A stretch of DNA of 64,000 bases, taken from sequence record SRR20825019_200. One strand, 5' to 3'. The first letter of the stretch is position 1; every line of letters starts with the position of its first letter. Below the pieces are notes generated by a model. It was not told the origin of the DNA. It was given only the letters and a program-made list of their open reading frames with translations, and searched no databases. A program made the translations under genes and the position numbers. Positions 29,719 through 39,051 of the stretch are shown here, piece after piece.

Positions 29719-31163
29719 GTCATCGAAAAACCGATCAAATTCCGCTTACGGTCGCCTTGCTGACCTATAACCGCTGTAGCAACTATCTTAAAAAAGCCGT
29801 CGAAGCTATCCTTGCGCAGAGCTATCGCGAATTCGAGTTTTTAGTGCTGGATAACGCCAGTCCTGATGATACGGCAGAGTACATCCTGTCTCTCGATGAC
29901 CCCCGGGTAAGATACGTGCGTAATGCGCCCGGCTCCTCGGTCGAGTTCAATTACATGTCCGCTTATCACCTGGCACGAGGGCATCGCATTATCGTGACCC
30001 ATGATGATGACATCATGGAACTGGATATGCTTGAGACCCAGATGCAATTTATGGACACACATCCGGAGGTCATTCTTGCCTGGACCGGGGTAACGCTGAT
30101 TGATAGTGACGATAAGGTGATCGGCGTCAATCACCACACGATGTCTGACAGTCAGGTTTTTCAGCCCGGTGAATATCTGCTGAACTTTCTCTATTCCAGA
30201 CTCTGGCCAGTGCCCAGTACCATCATTCTGGATCGTCGCTACAGTCTTTCCTGGCAGATAGGGCTGCATTATTTCAATACCAAAACGGTAAGAAAAAACC
30301 GTCGGGGTAAGCAGGTCGAAGGAGCAGAGGATGCCTTGTTCCCAGCCAGAGCCAATGTCAAGCATGCGGTCGCGTTTATCGCCAAACCGCTTATGCGTTA
30401 TCGTCTGCACCTCAATCAGGGCACGAATAACGTAAATCTCTCAACCCCTTCCATATATTTGTATAGAGCTTTAAAAAGGCTGGCAAGAAAAAGTCCGCTG
30501 GCCCAACAATACGATGCGCTGTTTGACAGTTATATTGATCGCTTCCGACTGCAGCAGAAGTTGACCGGACTGGAGCGCTATCCATTACATCCGGCCACCC
30601 GAAAATCATTACTAAAGCAGACCCGTAGCTGGTCCCATCAGGTTAGTGGCTGTGCCGAAGCCTTTTATCCCATCCTGCCATTATTTATTCTGCATCGCCT
30701 CATCAGCAGCGATGCTATTGATGTGCCAGTGGTGTCACGAGCATATTGTCCCAGCCCTGATAAATCATTTACCACGGCAACGCAGGCGTTTTATGCCTGG
30801 TATTGGAAGCTGGTGGATGGGGAGAGTGCCGCCGTCGCACTTGATGCCACAAAAAAGGTGGCTATTCTGGGCAGCGCGCTGGTGGCTGCCTTGTTGATTC
30901 TGGACCTCAAAAACAGGGGCATCGATGTCATTGCCTGCCTGGAATCAAATGTCTCGCGTCAGGGAGGAACACTGTTGGGCGTACCGATTGTGCCCATCCA
31001 CGTTCTTTCTGAGCCTGACTCCCCGATTCAGCAAGTGGTGTTGAGTTCAGAAAAAAATCAGGAAGCCCAATTGACACAGATAATTCACAAGTTGACGGTT
31101 GCGCCGCCGCCGGTTGTGTCTTGGAAGCAGCTTGTGTTTGCGCAGGAGAGTAGCGATGAATAA
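29715..31163 (+). CDS. GT2-family glycosyltransferase with C-terminal extension
   Basis: TVALLTYNR, VLDNASPDDT, HDDD, ED motif. Confidence 0.88.
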   Translation: MSHRKTDQIPLTVALLTYNRCSNYLKKAVEAILAQSYREFEFLVLDNASPDDTAEYILSLDDPRVRYVRNAPGSSVEFNYMSAYHLARGHRIIVTHDDDIMELDMLETQMQFMDTHPEVILAWTGVTLIDSDDKVIGVNHHTMSDSQVFQPGEYLLNFLYSRLWPVPSTIILDRRYSLSWQIGLHYFNTKTVRKNRRGKQVEGAEDALFPARANVKHAVAFIAKPLMRYRLHLNQGTNNVNLSTPSIYLYRALKRLARKSPLAQQYDALFDSYIDRFRLQQKLTGLERYPLHPATRKSLLKQTRSWSHQVSGCAEAFYPILPLFILHRLISSDAIDVPVVSRAYCPSPDKSFTTATQAFYAWYWKLVDGESAAVALDATKKVAILGSALVAALLILDLKNRGIDVIACLESNVSRQGGTLLGVPIVPIHVLSEPDSPIQQVVLSSEKNQEAQLTQIIHKLTVAPPPVVSWKQLVFAQESSDE

Positions 31164-32265
31164 ATTAACTTCATTCCAGACGGTCGCTTATCAGGCCGTT
31201 ACGCATTCATCCGGCACATCACATTATTTCAACGATACCGAGTTCTTTGATGAGTTCTTTGCACTGGTGCTTGAGCCGGAACAGGCCGTGGTAGATGTTG
31301 GCTTTAATATCGGTATTCAGGCTGAACTCTACCTGAAATACACACGCAGTCCGATCCTGGGGTTTGAAGCTTCTGAGGCTATCTATCAATTTGCCAAGAA
31401 TAAGTTTGCCGGTGAGCCCCAAATTCAGCTTTATAATCAAGCCGTCTCGAATCAGTCCGGCAGTGCCGATTTTATAGAAACGGCAATATGGGGCGCCGGC
31501 AGTCTTAAATATACCGAGGGCATGGCCTATTGTGGTGTTGGCGAGGACTATACGGTCAACACCGTCGAGCTGGTACGGCTGGATGATGCGCTGGCAAATC
31601 AGAATAATATCGGGCTGATTAAGCTGGATATTGAAGGTGCAGAATTATTAGCACTGGATGGCGCCAGAGAACTGCTGGCACGAAACCGACCTTATATCGT
31701 GATGGAATACTGTCACAATGCACTCAGCTTTGAGCTGAACGGGGAGGCCATTACAGCTGATACGCTGTATCACTTTTCCCGTGATATCGGTTACACGGTT
31801 TACAACATCTATGGCATCTGTCTTAGTAATAAAGCGGTCTGGGACACATCGATCCTCAAAGATACGGCGGACGTCTTCCTGATACCGGATGAAAAACTCA
31901 GCCACTGGAGCACGCAGTTGTTACCGGTTTATCAGTACCGTATTTATGACAAAATGCTGGCGGTGATGGAAAGCGGATTGCCAGGGCATCACCTCTGGCT
32001 GACAGCGCTGCCTTCACGACTCTATGAGATTATCAACCATTCAACTGAACCTGTGGCAAAAGCGTTTTTGCAGAAAACCAGTGCCCAGCTGCAGCAGTCG
32101 CTGGCGTCCCGTGATGAGATTTTCGCTATTAAGAAATTAAGCCGTCGAGCCGGAATTTTGCTGGCTTTGTTATTTGAAGGATTGATTGAACCTGCCTATC
32201 AGCTGGGGGCGATGAAGAGCCTGACCGGACAGCAGTTGGATGACTTTGAGCAGCAGTTGACTTAA
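31156..32265 (+). CDS. FkbM-family methyltransferase
   Basis: VVDVGFNIG, GFEA, IKLDIEGAELLALDG; AGGAG RBS before the ATG at 31156. Confidence 0.88.
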   Translation: MNKLTSFQTVAYQAVTHSSGTSHYFNDTEFFDEFFALVLEPEQAVVDVGFNIGIQAELYLKYTRSPILGFEASEAIYQFAKNKFAGEPQIQLYNQAVSNQSGSADFIETAIWGAGSLKYTEGMAYCGVGEDYTVNTVELVRLDDALANQNNIGLIKLDIEGAELLALDGARELLARNRPYIVMEYCHNALSFELNGEAITADTLYHFSRDIGYTVYNIYGICLSNKAVWDTSILKDTADVFLIPDEKLSHWSTQLLPVYQYRIYDKMLAVMESGLPGHHLWLTALPSRLYEIINHSTEPVAKAFLQKTSAQLQQSLASRDEIFAIKKLSRRAGILLALLFEGLIEPAYQLGAMKSLTGQQLDDFEQQLT

Positions 32266-32296
32266 GCCCTTTACCTACCCAGGACAAAAACACGTT

Positions 32297-32926
32297 TTGA
32301 ATATCATTTTCGACCTTGATGGCACGCTGATCGATTCCTCCCCGGCTATACTGGCAGCGCTGGAACAGGCGCTGGAAAAGAATCAGGTCAGACCTCAATT
32401 GCCGATGACTCATGAACTTATCGGCCCCCCTTTAAAACAGTTACTGCCGACGCTGACGGGGCTGACCGATGCAAAAAAGCTGGCCGAGGTCGCCGATGCA
32501 TTCAAAGCGATCTACGATCATGACAGCTACCGATCCAGTAGCGTGTATGACGGAATAGACTCGCTACTTCAGGACTTGTATCGCGACCAATATCAGCTTT
32601 TTATTGCCACCAATAAACGGTCAGTGCCGACACAGAAAATTGTTGAGTATCTTGACTGGCATCGCATGCTGACCGGAGCTTATTCGCTGGATAGTTTTGC
32701 CGGTCTGGCTTTAAAAAAAGAATTATTGGCCAAGATAATGCAGAATCATCAGCTGAATCCGAATCAGACAATTTATGTTGGTGACACCGACTCTGATTAT
32801 CAGGCAGCCAAGGCCAATGGTCTGAACTACATCATGGTGCAGTGGGGCTACGGACAATGTGATGATGTCACGGTGCCCCGTGCAAACAATGTCCAGCAGT
32901 TGGCTGCGCTGCTCAAACAGCCTTAA
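32297..32926 (+). CDS. HAD-family phosphatase
   Basis: IIFDLDGTLIDS, ATNK, YVGDT..D; TTG start. Confidence 0.88.
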   Translation: MNIIFDLDGTLIDSSPAILAALEQALEKNQVRPQLPMTHELIGPPLKQLLPTLTGLTDAKKLAEVADAFKAIYDHDSYRSSSVYDGIDSLLQDLYRDQYQLFIATNKRSVPTQKIVEYLDWHRMLTGAYSLDSFAGLALKKELLAKIMQNHQLNPNQTIYVGDTDSDYQAAKANGLNYIMVQWGYGQCDDVTVPRANNVQQLAALLKQP

Positions 32927-32967
32927 TTCAGTGACAGTATGAGCTCCGTCACAGCAGGGAGAAATGA

Positions 32968-35900
32968 ATGATCAGGCAACCCAGCTTTTTTCAATGTATC
33001 AATCTGCCTTTTTATATTTATGCACCTGATTTTTCTCAGCAGTCAGCGGGTATCCGGGCCCTGCATTATCTTTGTCATGCCCTCAATGAAATGGGCAGAG
33101 AGGCCTACCTTGTCGGCACCGATATAGAAAGTGAGACGCTCAGGACCCCCCTGTTGCGGGGCAGTGACATTATCCGTCACGTCAAGTCCGGCCTGATGCC
33201 GATCATGATCTATCCGGAAGTGGTGCGTGGCAATCCGCTGCGAATGCCTTTTGTTGTTCGCTGGTGGCTGAATAAACCGGGTTATGTCGGTGGCGACGAA
33301 AATCTCTCCGCCGATGAGTTATTTTTTACCTACTCAAAAGGCTTTGTGCCCGAGGACATGGATGTCGATTTACTCAATATTCCCCTCATCGACAAATCCT
33401 TGTTCCATAACGAAAACAACCCTCATGACAAGCAGCGAAGTGGTGCCTGCTTTTACGCCCATAAATTCCTGGCGAAAGGCGGAGAACTGACTGAGCACGC
33501 CAAAGATGCGACCAGTCTCTGTCAGGATGTTTCACTGAGCCATGAACAGATTGCAGATACTCTTCGCCGATCTGAAGTCCTCTACTGCTATGAGCCGACC
33601 TCGATGATAGGTGAGGCACTGTTATGTGGTTGTCCGGTGGTCATGGTGGATTCGGAGTTCCTGCGGAATAATATGCGCGAGCCGATACACGGTCCCGGTA
33701 TCGCGTATTCGAGCAGCCATGATGCGCTTGAGCAGGCCAAAGCCACGGTAGCGGAAGTGCGTTACAACAATCAGCAATCGATTAAGTATTGCTGGTGGCA
33801 AATTGATCAGTTTCTACGCAAAACAACCAGTGAGTTTGAGCCCAGACTGGAAACAGTGGATTGGCACGACCTCGATTGGGTAATGAGACTCTCAAAATTG
33901 ATCAAATCGAGAGAGCCCGATACTGACAGATTATTAGAGGCCCTGAATGTTTATGACGGTGTTTGGGAAAAACAGCACTTACTGACCGAAGCCAGAGCCA
34001 GCGTGATGGCAGAGCGTTTATCTACGGGCTGGCAACAGATGCCCGGAATGCATTTGCTCATGGTGGTCAATGCTCATGAGCTTGATAGCCTCGCAGTCAC
34101 CTTGATGTCACTTCAGGAACAACTTTATTCGGCCTGGGGTCTGACGATCTTAAGTAACATTCCGGCCCCCGCTATTTTCAATGATATCCCGGACAATATT
34201 GAATGGCTTGAGATTGACAGCTCAATCAACGAGGCTATTGAGATAGCCATTGAATCCGCTGGTTTAGAATGGATTATGCAGTTGTTACCGGGTGACAGTC
34301 TGGCGCCACATGCCTTGTTAAGTTTTGCGGAAACGGTTAACTATCAACCGAACAAGCACTTCATCTACTGTGATGAAAAAGCTGGTGAGGAGCTCAGATT
34401 CAAGCCCGGTTTCAGCCTGGATTATCTGCGGGCATGGTCCTATCTTGGCCGTGGGCTGATGGTTAGCCGGGAAGCCTATAGAGCCGTGGGCGGGTATACA
34501 GGTTTTGCTTATGTTTATGCCACCGATATGGCGTTCAAGGTGTTTGAGTATTACGGTGAATCGGTCTTTGCTCATATTCCCGATGTGCTCTATACCGCGG
34601 TGAGTGATGAACAGGATCGCGCGACCCTGACCGAAAACGAATGGCTGATAAGGCATGGACATTTCCAGCGCTTGAAGTTGCCGGTCACGATTTCTCATCC
34701 CGAACACAAAAACCGTTTTGAGACCCGGTTCAAGCCTAAAACGCATCCCTTGGTCTCGATTCTGATAGCCCATCAGAGTCAAGCGACCCCGCTGGCACTG
34801 TGTCTGGATGACCTCGTGGCTAACACCGATTACCCCAACTACGAGATTGTGGTTGTAGATGTCAGCAGTGATATAGAGGATCTGCAGGATATTTACGCGC
34901 AACAGCAGCAGCGTTTGGGCGAACGGTTTCAGCTTGTACATAGTGAGGAAACGAGCTACGCAGCCGCGATCAACAAGGCAGCCGGAAAAGCGAAGGGTGA
35001 CTATTTGGTCGTGCTTTCCTGTTATGCCAGAACGATTAACGGCAATTGGCTATCCCAATTATTACCGCAGGTTCAGCGCGAGGATGTTGCTGTCGTCGGT
35101 GCCAGAATTATTACCGATGCGAATACGGTTGTTCATGCTGGTGGCGTACTGGGATGTACTGATGATGTCCTGGGCTTGTATCACGGTCTCGATATTGCTG
35201 AGCCGGGTTACATGGAACGCGCCCACTGTATTCAGGAATACAGCAGTGTGTCTTCCGCCTGCCTGATTGTCAGTAAAGGTCATTACCTTCAGGCAGGTGG
35301 ACTGGCTGAGGATTCACTCGCCGACAGTAAATATTTGATTACGGACTTTTGTCTGCAACAAAAGACATTGCATGGCCGGATTCTCTGGACTCCTTATGCC
35401 ACGGTCTATCTTGATATCAGGCCGGCGGGAACCCACAATGGCGTCAGAGATTACAGCGGTGAGTCTGACGCGGTCATACTCAGTAAATGGCGTTCAGTTT
35501 TTGCGATGGACCCCTTTTTCAATACCAATCTGAGTTTAAATCAACGGCAGTGTTTGCCGGAGACGCAGATTGTTTGCCGCTGGGATCCGCGTATTAAGGA
35601 CAAATCCCGAATTATGGCATTGCCGCTCAATAGCTCCGGTGTTGGCGAGTATCGTCTGAAAGCACCGTTGAGAGCATTGGAAGAGGCGGGACTGATAGAA
35701 CTTGCCTGGCTACCTGAGCATGAGTCACAGGAAAAGCCAAGACTGCCAAGCCTGTTTGAGCTAAATCGCCTTCAGCCGGATGTGCTTTATGTTCAGCAGG
35801 CACTGAGCGACCGACTGTATGACTTTCTTTATGATGTGAGTCAGCATACTGATATCAAGATTATTTTTTCGCTGGATGATTTGGTCACTGATTTGCCGCC

Positions 35901-36609
35901 GCTGAGTGATCGGCACCGGCAGGTATTTCGTGATATGCGCTATCGTCTGCGTCGCACTCTTGCGTTATGTCATCGGGCCATTGTAACCACCGAACCGTTG
36001 GCAGCCCTGTGTCGACAATACTGCGATGATGTTGTTGTTATTCCTAATCGTCTGGAAGCGAAACGTTGGTTATCTATCGATTACAAAAAGACTCAAGCGG
36101 TAGCAAAGCCGCGGGTCGGCTGGGCAGGCGCCTGGCAGCATAAAGGCGATCTGAGCATGATGACAGAGATTGTCAAAGCGCTCGCCGATAGGGTGGACTG
36201 GATTTTTATGGGGATGTGTCCGCCTGAGGTCCGACCTTATGTCAAAGAATTTCATGAGTTCGTGCGTTTTGATGATTATCCTCAGAAGCTGGCGGAGCTC
36301 AATCTGGATTTGGCGCTGGCGCCATTGGATATTCATCCCTTTAATGAAGCCAAGAGTAATTTACGTTTGCTTGAATACGGCATCATGGGCTGGCCGGTGA
36401 TTGCTACAGATATCTACCCTTATCGGCAGTTCGATGCGCCTGTCACACTGGTCGGCAACAATGAACAGGCCTGGAAAGAACACATTCTTGCCGCTTTGCA
36501 AAAACCGGAGATAATTGCCGCCCAAGGTCGGCAACTCGCCGACTGGGTCCGCCAGAACTTTATCCTGGAAGATCATCTTTCAGATTGGGTTGATGCATTA
36601 AATGTTTAA
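32968..36609 (+). CDS. Large multi-domain flagellin O-glycosyltransferase (FgtA/Fgt1-like)
   Basis: N-terminal SAGIRALHYLCHALN module, two GT2-like modules (P...LDYLRAW.YLG; PLVSILI...DPFFNTNLS), C-terminal GT-B-like module (KPRVGWAG, LALAPL..HPFNEAKSNLRLLEYG); directly upstream of flagellin. Confidence 0.85.
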   Translation: MIRQPSFFQCINLPFYIYAPDFSQQSAGIRALHYLCHALNEMGREAYLVGTDIESETLRTPLLRGSDIIRHVKSGLMPIMIYPEVVRGNPLRMPFVVRWWLNKPGYVGGDENLSADELFFTYSKGFVPEDMDVDLLNIPLIDKSLFHNENNPHDKQRSGACFYAHKFLAKGGELTEHAKDATSLCQDVSLSHEQIADTLRRSEVLYCYEPTSMIGEALLCGCPVVMVDSEFLRNNMREPIHGPGIAYSSSHDALEQAKATVAEVRYNNQQSIKYCWWQIDQFLRKTTSEFEPRLETVDWHDLDWVMRLSKLIKSREPDTDRLLEALNVYDGVWEKQHLLTEARASVMAERLSTGWQQMPGMHLLMVVNAHELDSLAVTLMSLQEQLYSAWGLTILSNIPAPAIFNDIPDNIEWLEIDSSINEAIEIAIESAGLEWIMQLLPGDSLAPHALLSFAETVNYQPNKHFIYCDEKAGEELRFKPGFSLDYLRAWSYLGRGLMVSREAYRAVGGYTGFAYVYATDMAFKVFEYYGESVFAHIPDVLYTAVSDEQDRATLTENEWLIRHGHFQRLKLPVTISHPEHKNRFETRFKPKTHPLVSILIAHQSQATPLALCLDDLVANTDYPNYEIVVVDVSSDIEDLQDIYAQQQQRLGERFQLVHSEETSYAAAINKAAGKAKGDYLVVLSCYARTINGNWLSQLLPQVQREDVAVVGARIITDANTVVHAGGVLGCTDDVLGLYHGLDIAEPGYMERAHCIQEYSSVSSACLIVSKGHYLQAGGLAEDSLADSKYLITDFCLQQKTLHGRILWTPYATVYLDIRPAGTHNGVRDYSGESDAVILSKWRSVFAMDPFFNTNLSLNQRQCLPETQIVCRWDPRIKDKSRIMALPLNSSGVGEYRLKAPLRALEEAGLIELAWLPEHESQEKPRLPSLFELNRLQPDVLYVQQALSDRLYDFLYDVSQHTDIKIIFSLDDLVTDLPPLSDRHRQVFRDMRYRLRRTLALCHRAIVTTEPLAALCRQYCDDVVVIPNRLEAKRWLSIDYKKTQAVAKPRVGWAGAWQHKGDLSMMTEIVKALADRVDWIFMGMCPPEVRPYVKEFHEFVRFDDYPQKLAELNLDLALAPLDIHPFNEAKSNLRLLEYGIMGWPVIATDIYPYRQFDAPVTLVGNNEQAWKEHILAALQKPEIIAAQGRQLADWVRQNFILEDHLSDWVDALNV

Positions 36610-36653
36610 TTTAATCATGATGTTAAGATAAATTTAATCTCATGATTTAAAGT

Positions 36654-36669
36654 TGGTATACAAACTGCT
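36654..36669 (+). promoter_or_regulatory. sigma54 promoter of flagellin 1
   Basis: TGGTAT-ACAAA-CTGCT, sharing the CAAACTGCT of the flgB promoter; TTGCC/GGCAA half-sites downstream at 36690-36709. Confidence 0.75.
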
Positions 36670-36735
36670 TAACTCCCACCGAGCCTGCTTTGCCACCGTA
36701 TGCGGGCAATTAAATAATGGAATGGGAGAACACAA

Positions 36736-37530
36736 ATGCCATTAATCGTGAATACCAATATTGCGTCATTGAATGCACAACGCAATTTGACCAAATCGCA
36801 AGACGAACTGAATGTGGCACTGCAACGCTTATCATCCGGCCTACGTGTTAACAGTGCCAAAGATGATGCGGCAGGGCTTTATACTGCTGAACAGATGACA
36901 GCAGATATCCGTGGTGCCAACCAGGCTGCACGAAATGCGGCTGACGGTATCTCTTTCGCCCAGGTGGCGGAGGGTGCGCTTGCTGAAATTACCAACAACC
37001 TCCAGCGAATTCGTGAGATTGCGGTGCAGTCAGCTAACGGCACAGTGACAGACAGAACCGGTCTGCAAGCTGAGGTGACTGAGCTGGAAGCGGAAAACGC
37101 TCGTATTATCGCCAATACTAAATTTAATGGCACTCTGGTATTGAGTGGTGTGTCATTGAGCTTCCAGGTTGGCGCTGACAGTGGCGACACGGTAACTGTT
37201 TCTGCTACCGCAGCAACCACAACCACTGCCGACGTATCCACATCAGCTGGTGCCTCAACGGCACTGGGTACATTGGATACTGATATTGATAACCTCAGTA
37301 CGCTGCGTGCGACTTTCGGTGCGATTCAAAATCGCTTCGAGGCCGTCATTTCGAATCTGCAGAGCCTGTCAGAAAATACCAGTGCGGCAAGAAGCCGTAT
37401 CCTCGATGCTGACTTTGCTGCTGAGACGGCAAAACTGACTCGTGCCCAGATCCTGCAACAGGCCGGTACCTCTATTCTGGCGCAGGCCAACACTTTGCCA
37501 CAGAATGCATTGTCGTTGTTACAGGGTTAA
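36736..37530 (+). CDS. fliC: Flagellin 1 (264 aa; probable minor, sigma54-class)
   Basis: [47 protein letters not shown]. Confidence 0.97.
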   Translation: MPLIVNTNIASLNAQRNLTKSQDELNVALQRLSSGLRVNSAKDDAAGLYTAEQMTADIRGANQAARNAADGISFAQVAEGALAEITNNLQRIREIAVQSANGTVTDRTGLQAEVTELEAENARIIANTKFNGTLVLSGVSLSFQVGADSGDTVTVSATAATTTTADVSTSAGASTALGTLDTDIDNLSTLRATFGAIQNRFEAVISNLQSLSENTSAARSRILDADFAAETAKLTRAQILQQAGTSILAQANTLPQNALSLLQG

Positions 37531-37553
37531 GCCAATTAAAAAAAGCGTGATGG

Positions 37554-37587
37554 TGGTCAGGTTTTTCGAAGCCTGACCATTTTTTTT
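37554..37587 (+). terminator. Intrinsic terminator with UUCG loop after flagellin 1
   Basis: TGGTCAGGTTT-TTCG-AAGCCTGACCA followed by T8. Confidence 0.9.
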
Positions 37588-37597
37588 AAAATTTAGT

Positions 37598-37625
37598 TAA
37601 AGAAATACTCCCTCACTGCCGCTAA
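37598..37625 (+). promoter_or_regulatory. sigma28 (FliA) promoter of flagellin 2
   Basis: TAAAGAAA-N12-GCCGCTAA versus consensus TAAAGTTT-N11-GCCGATAA. Confidence 0.72.
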
Positions 37626-37716
37626 TGTTTTCGGAGGCGGTAAAAACTGGATTTTCATAGTTTGTCCGCCATGTATAAAGCGAGCTGAAGCTCGCATCTG
37701 TGAGGGAGTAAATCTC

Positions 37717-38508
37717 ATGGCATTAGTAGTAAACACTAATATCGCATCATTGAATGCACAGCGTAACCTGAATAAATCACAAGACACCCTGAATACAGCA
37801 CTGCAACGTCTGTCTTCCGGTCTTCGTGTTAACAGTGCAAAAGACGATGCGGCTGGCCTGTACACTGCTCAGCAAATGACCGCTGATATTCGTGGTGCGA
37901 ACCAGGCTGCACGTAATGCGGCTGATGGTATCTCACTGTCTCAGGTCGCTGAAGGTGCACTGGCAGAAATCAGCAACAACCTGCAACGTATCCGTGAAAT
38001 CGCGGTTCAGTCTGCTAACGGTACTGTTACTGACCGTACTGGTCTGCAAGCTGAGGTTACTCAGCTGGAAGCAGAAAATACTCGTATCATCAGCAGCACC
38101 AAATTTAACGGTACTGCCGTACTGAGCGGACTGAGCCTGAATATTCAGGTAGGCCAGGACAGTGGTGATACCGTAGGCGTCAGTGCTTCATCACTGTCAA
38201 TCACCACTGCCGATGTAAGTACTTCAGGCGGTGCCGATACTGCACTGGGTACACTGGACACTGATATCAACACTGTTAGTACTTTGCGTGCGACCTTCGG
38301 TGCGATTCAAAACCGTTTCGAAGCGGTTATTTCCAACCTGCAAAGCTTCTCGGAAAATACTACAGCTGCCCGTAGCCGTATTATTGATGCTGACTTTGCT
38401 GCTGAAACTGCTAATCTGACTAAAGCGCAGATTCTGCAACAGGCTGGTGTATCGATTGTTTCTCAGGCGAATGTTATTCCTCAGTCAGCGTTGTCGCTGC
38501 TTGGATAA
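37717..38508 (+). CDS. fliC: Flagellin 2 (263 aa; probable major, sigma28-class)
   Basis: Same flagellin termini as flagellin 1; strong bias to CGT/GCT/ACT/CTG codons typical of high expression. Confidence 0.97.
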   Translation: MALVVNTNIASLNAQRNLNKSQDTLNTALQRLSSGLRVNSAKDDAAGLYTAQQMTADIRGANQAARNAADGISLSQVAEGALAEISNNLQRIREIAVQSANGTVTDRTGLQAEVTQLEAENTRIISSTKFNGTAVLSGLSLNIQVGQDSGDTVGVSASSLSITTADVSTSGGADTALGTLDTDINTVSTLRATFGAIQNRFEAVISNLQSFSENTTAARSRIIDADFAAETANLTKAQILQQAGVSIVSQANVIPQSALSLLG

Positions 38509-38599
38509 GCATAAGCAAGGAACAAGATGATGAAAGGGATAAGCCTGGCGGGTAATGTACTCTCCGGGCTTATGCCGTTTCACGGTTAGGAGGAAGACA

Positions 38600-39001
38600 A
38601 TGGCTAATAACGAAGTATTAGTACAATCTGGCCTTCAATCAGTGCAAAACAATGTTACTGGTCAGTCTAAACCGGCCGAAAAACCGGTTCAGACTGGCTC
38701 TGTTTCTGAATCATCTGCCGCGAGGGAAGAGGCTAAATCGCGAGGTTTTGAACAGCAGAGGGAACAGCAGCAAGAGCGAACAGAAGCTTTGCGTGATAAG
38801 GTTGCTGAATTAAATGATTACATGCAGAACTTGAATCGAAGTCTGCAGTTTAGCGTTGATGATGAAAGCGGCGACACAGTAATTAAAGTCGTTGATTCTG
38901 AAACGGAAGAGCTTGTCCGTCAAATTCCGTCCGAGGAAATTTTGCGGGCACGTAATGCGATTGAAAAATATCGCGGTATCTTATTAGAGACCCAGGCATG
39001 A
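38600..39001 (+). CDS. flaG: FlaG
   Basis: RSLQFSVD..SG..VIKVVD.ET.ELVRQIPSEE; AGGAGG RBS before the ATG at 38600. Confidence 0.93.
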   Translation: MANNEVLVQSGLQSVQNNVTGQSKPAEKPVQTGSVSESSAAREEAKSRGFEQQREQQQERTEALRDKVAELNDYMQNLNRSLQFSVDDESGDTVIKVVDSETEELVRQIPSEEILRARNAIEKYRGILLETQA

Positions 39002-39017
39002 TGGCCTGGATTTTGCA
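39002..39017 (+). promoter_or_regulatory. sigma54 promoter of fliDST
   Basis: TGGCCT-GGATT-TTGCA. Confidence 0.72.
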
Positions 39018-39051
39018 GACATAACAATATCGTTTTGTCGGAGTAGAGACT

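Noticed and set aside
37600-37716. c-di-GMP riboswitch in the flagellin leader
   Set aside because: The class I GEMM hallmarks (GGCAAA, GNRA loop/receptor, GACGCAAAG) are not recognisable.
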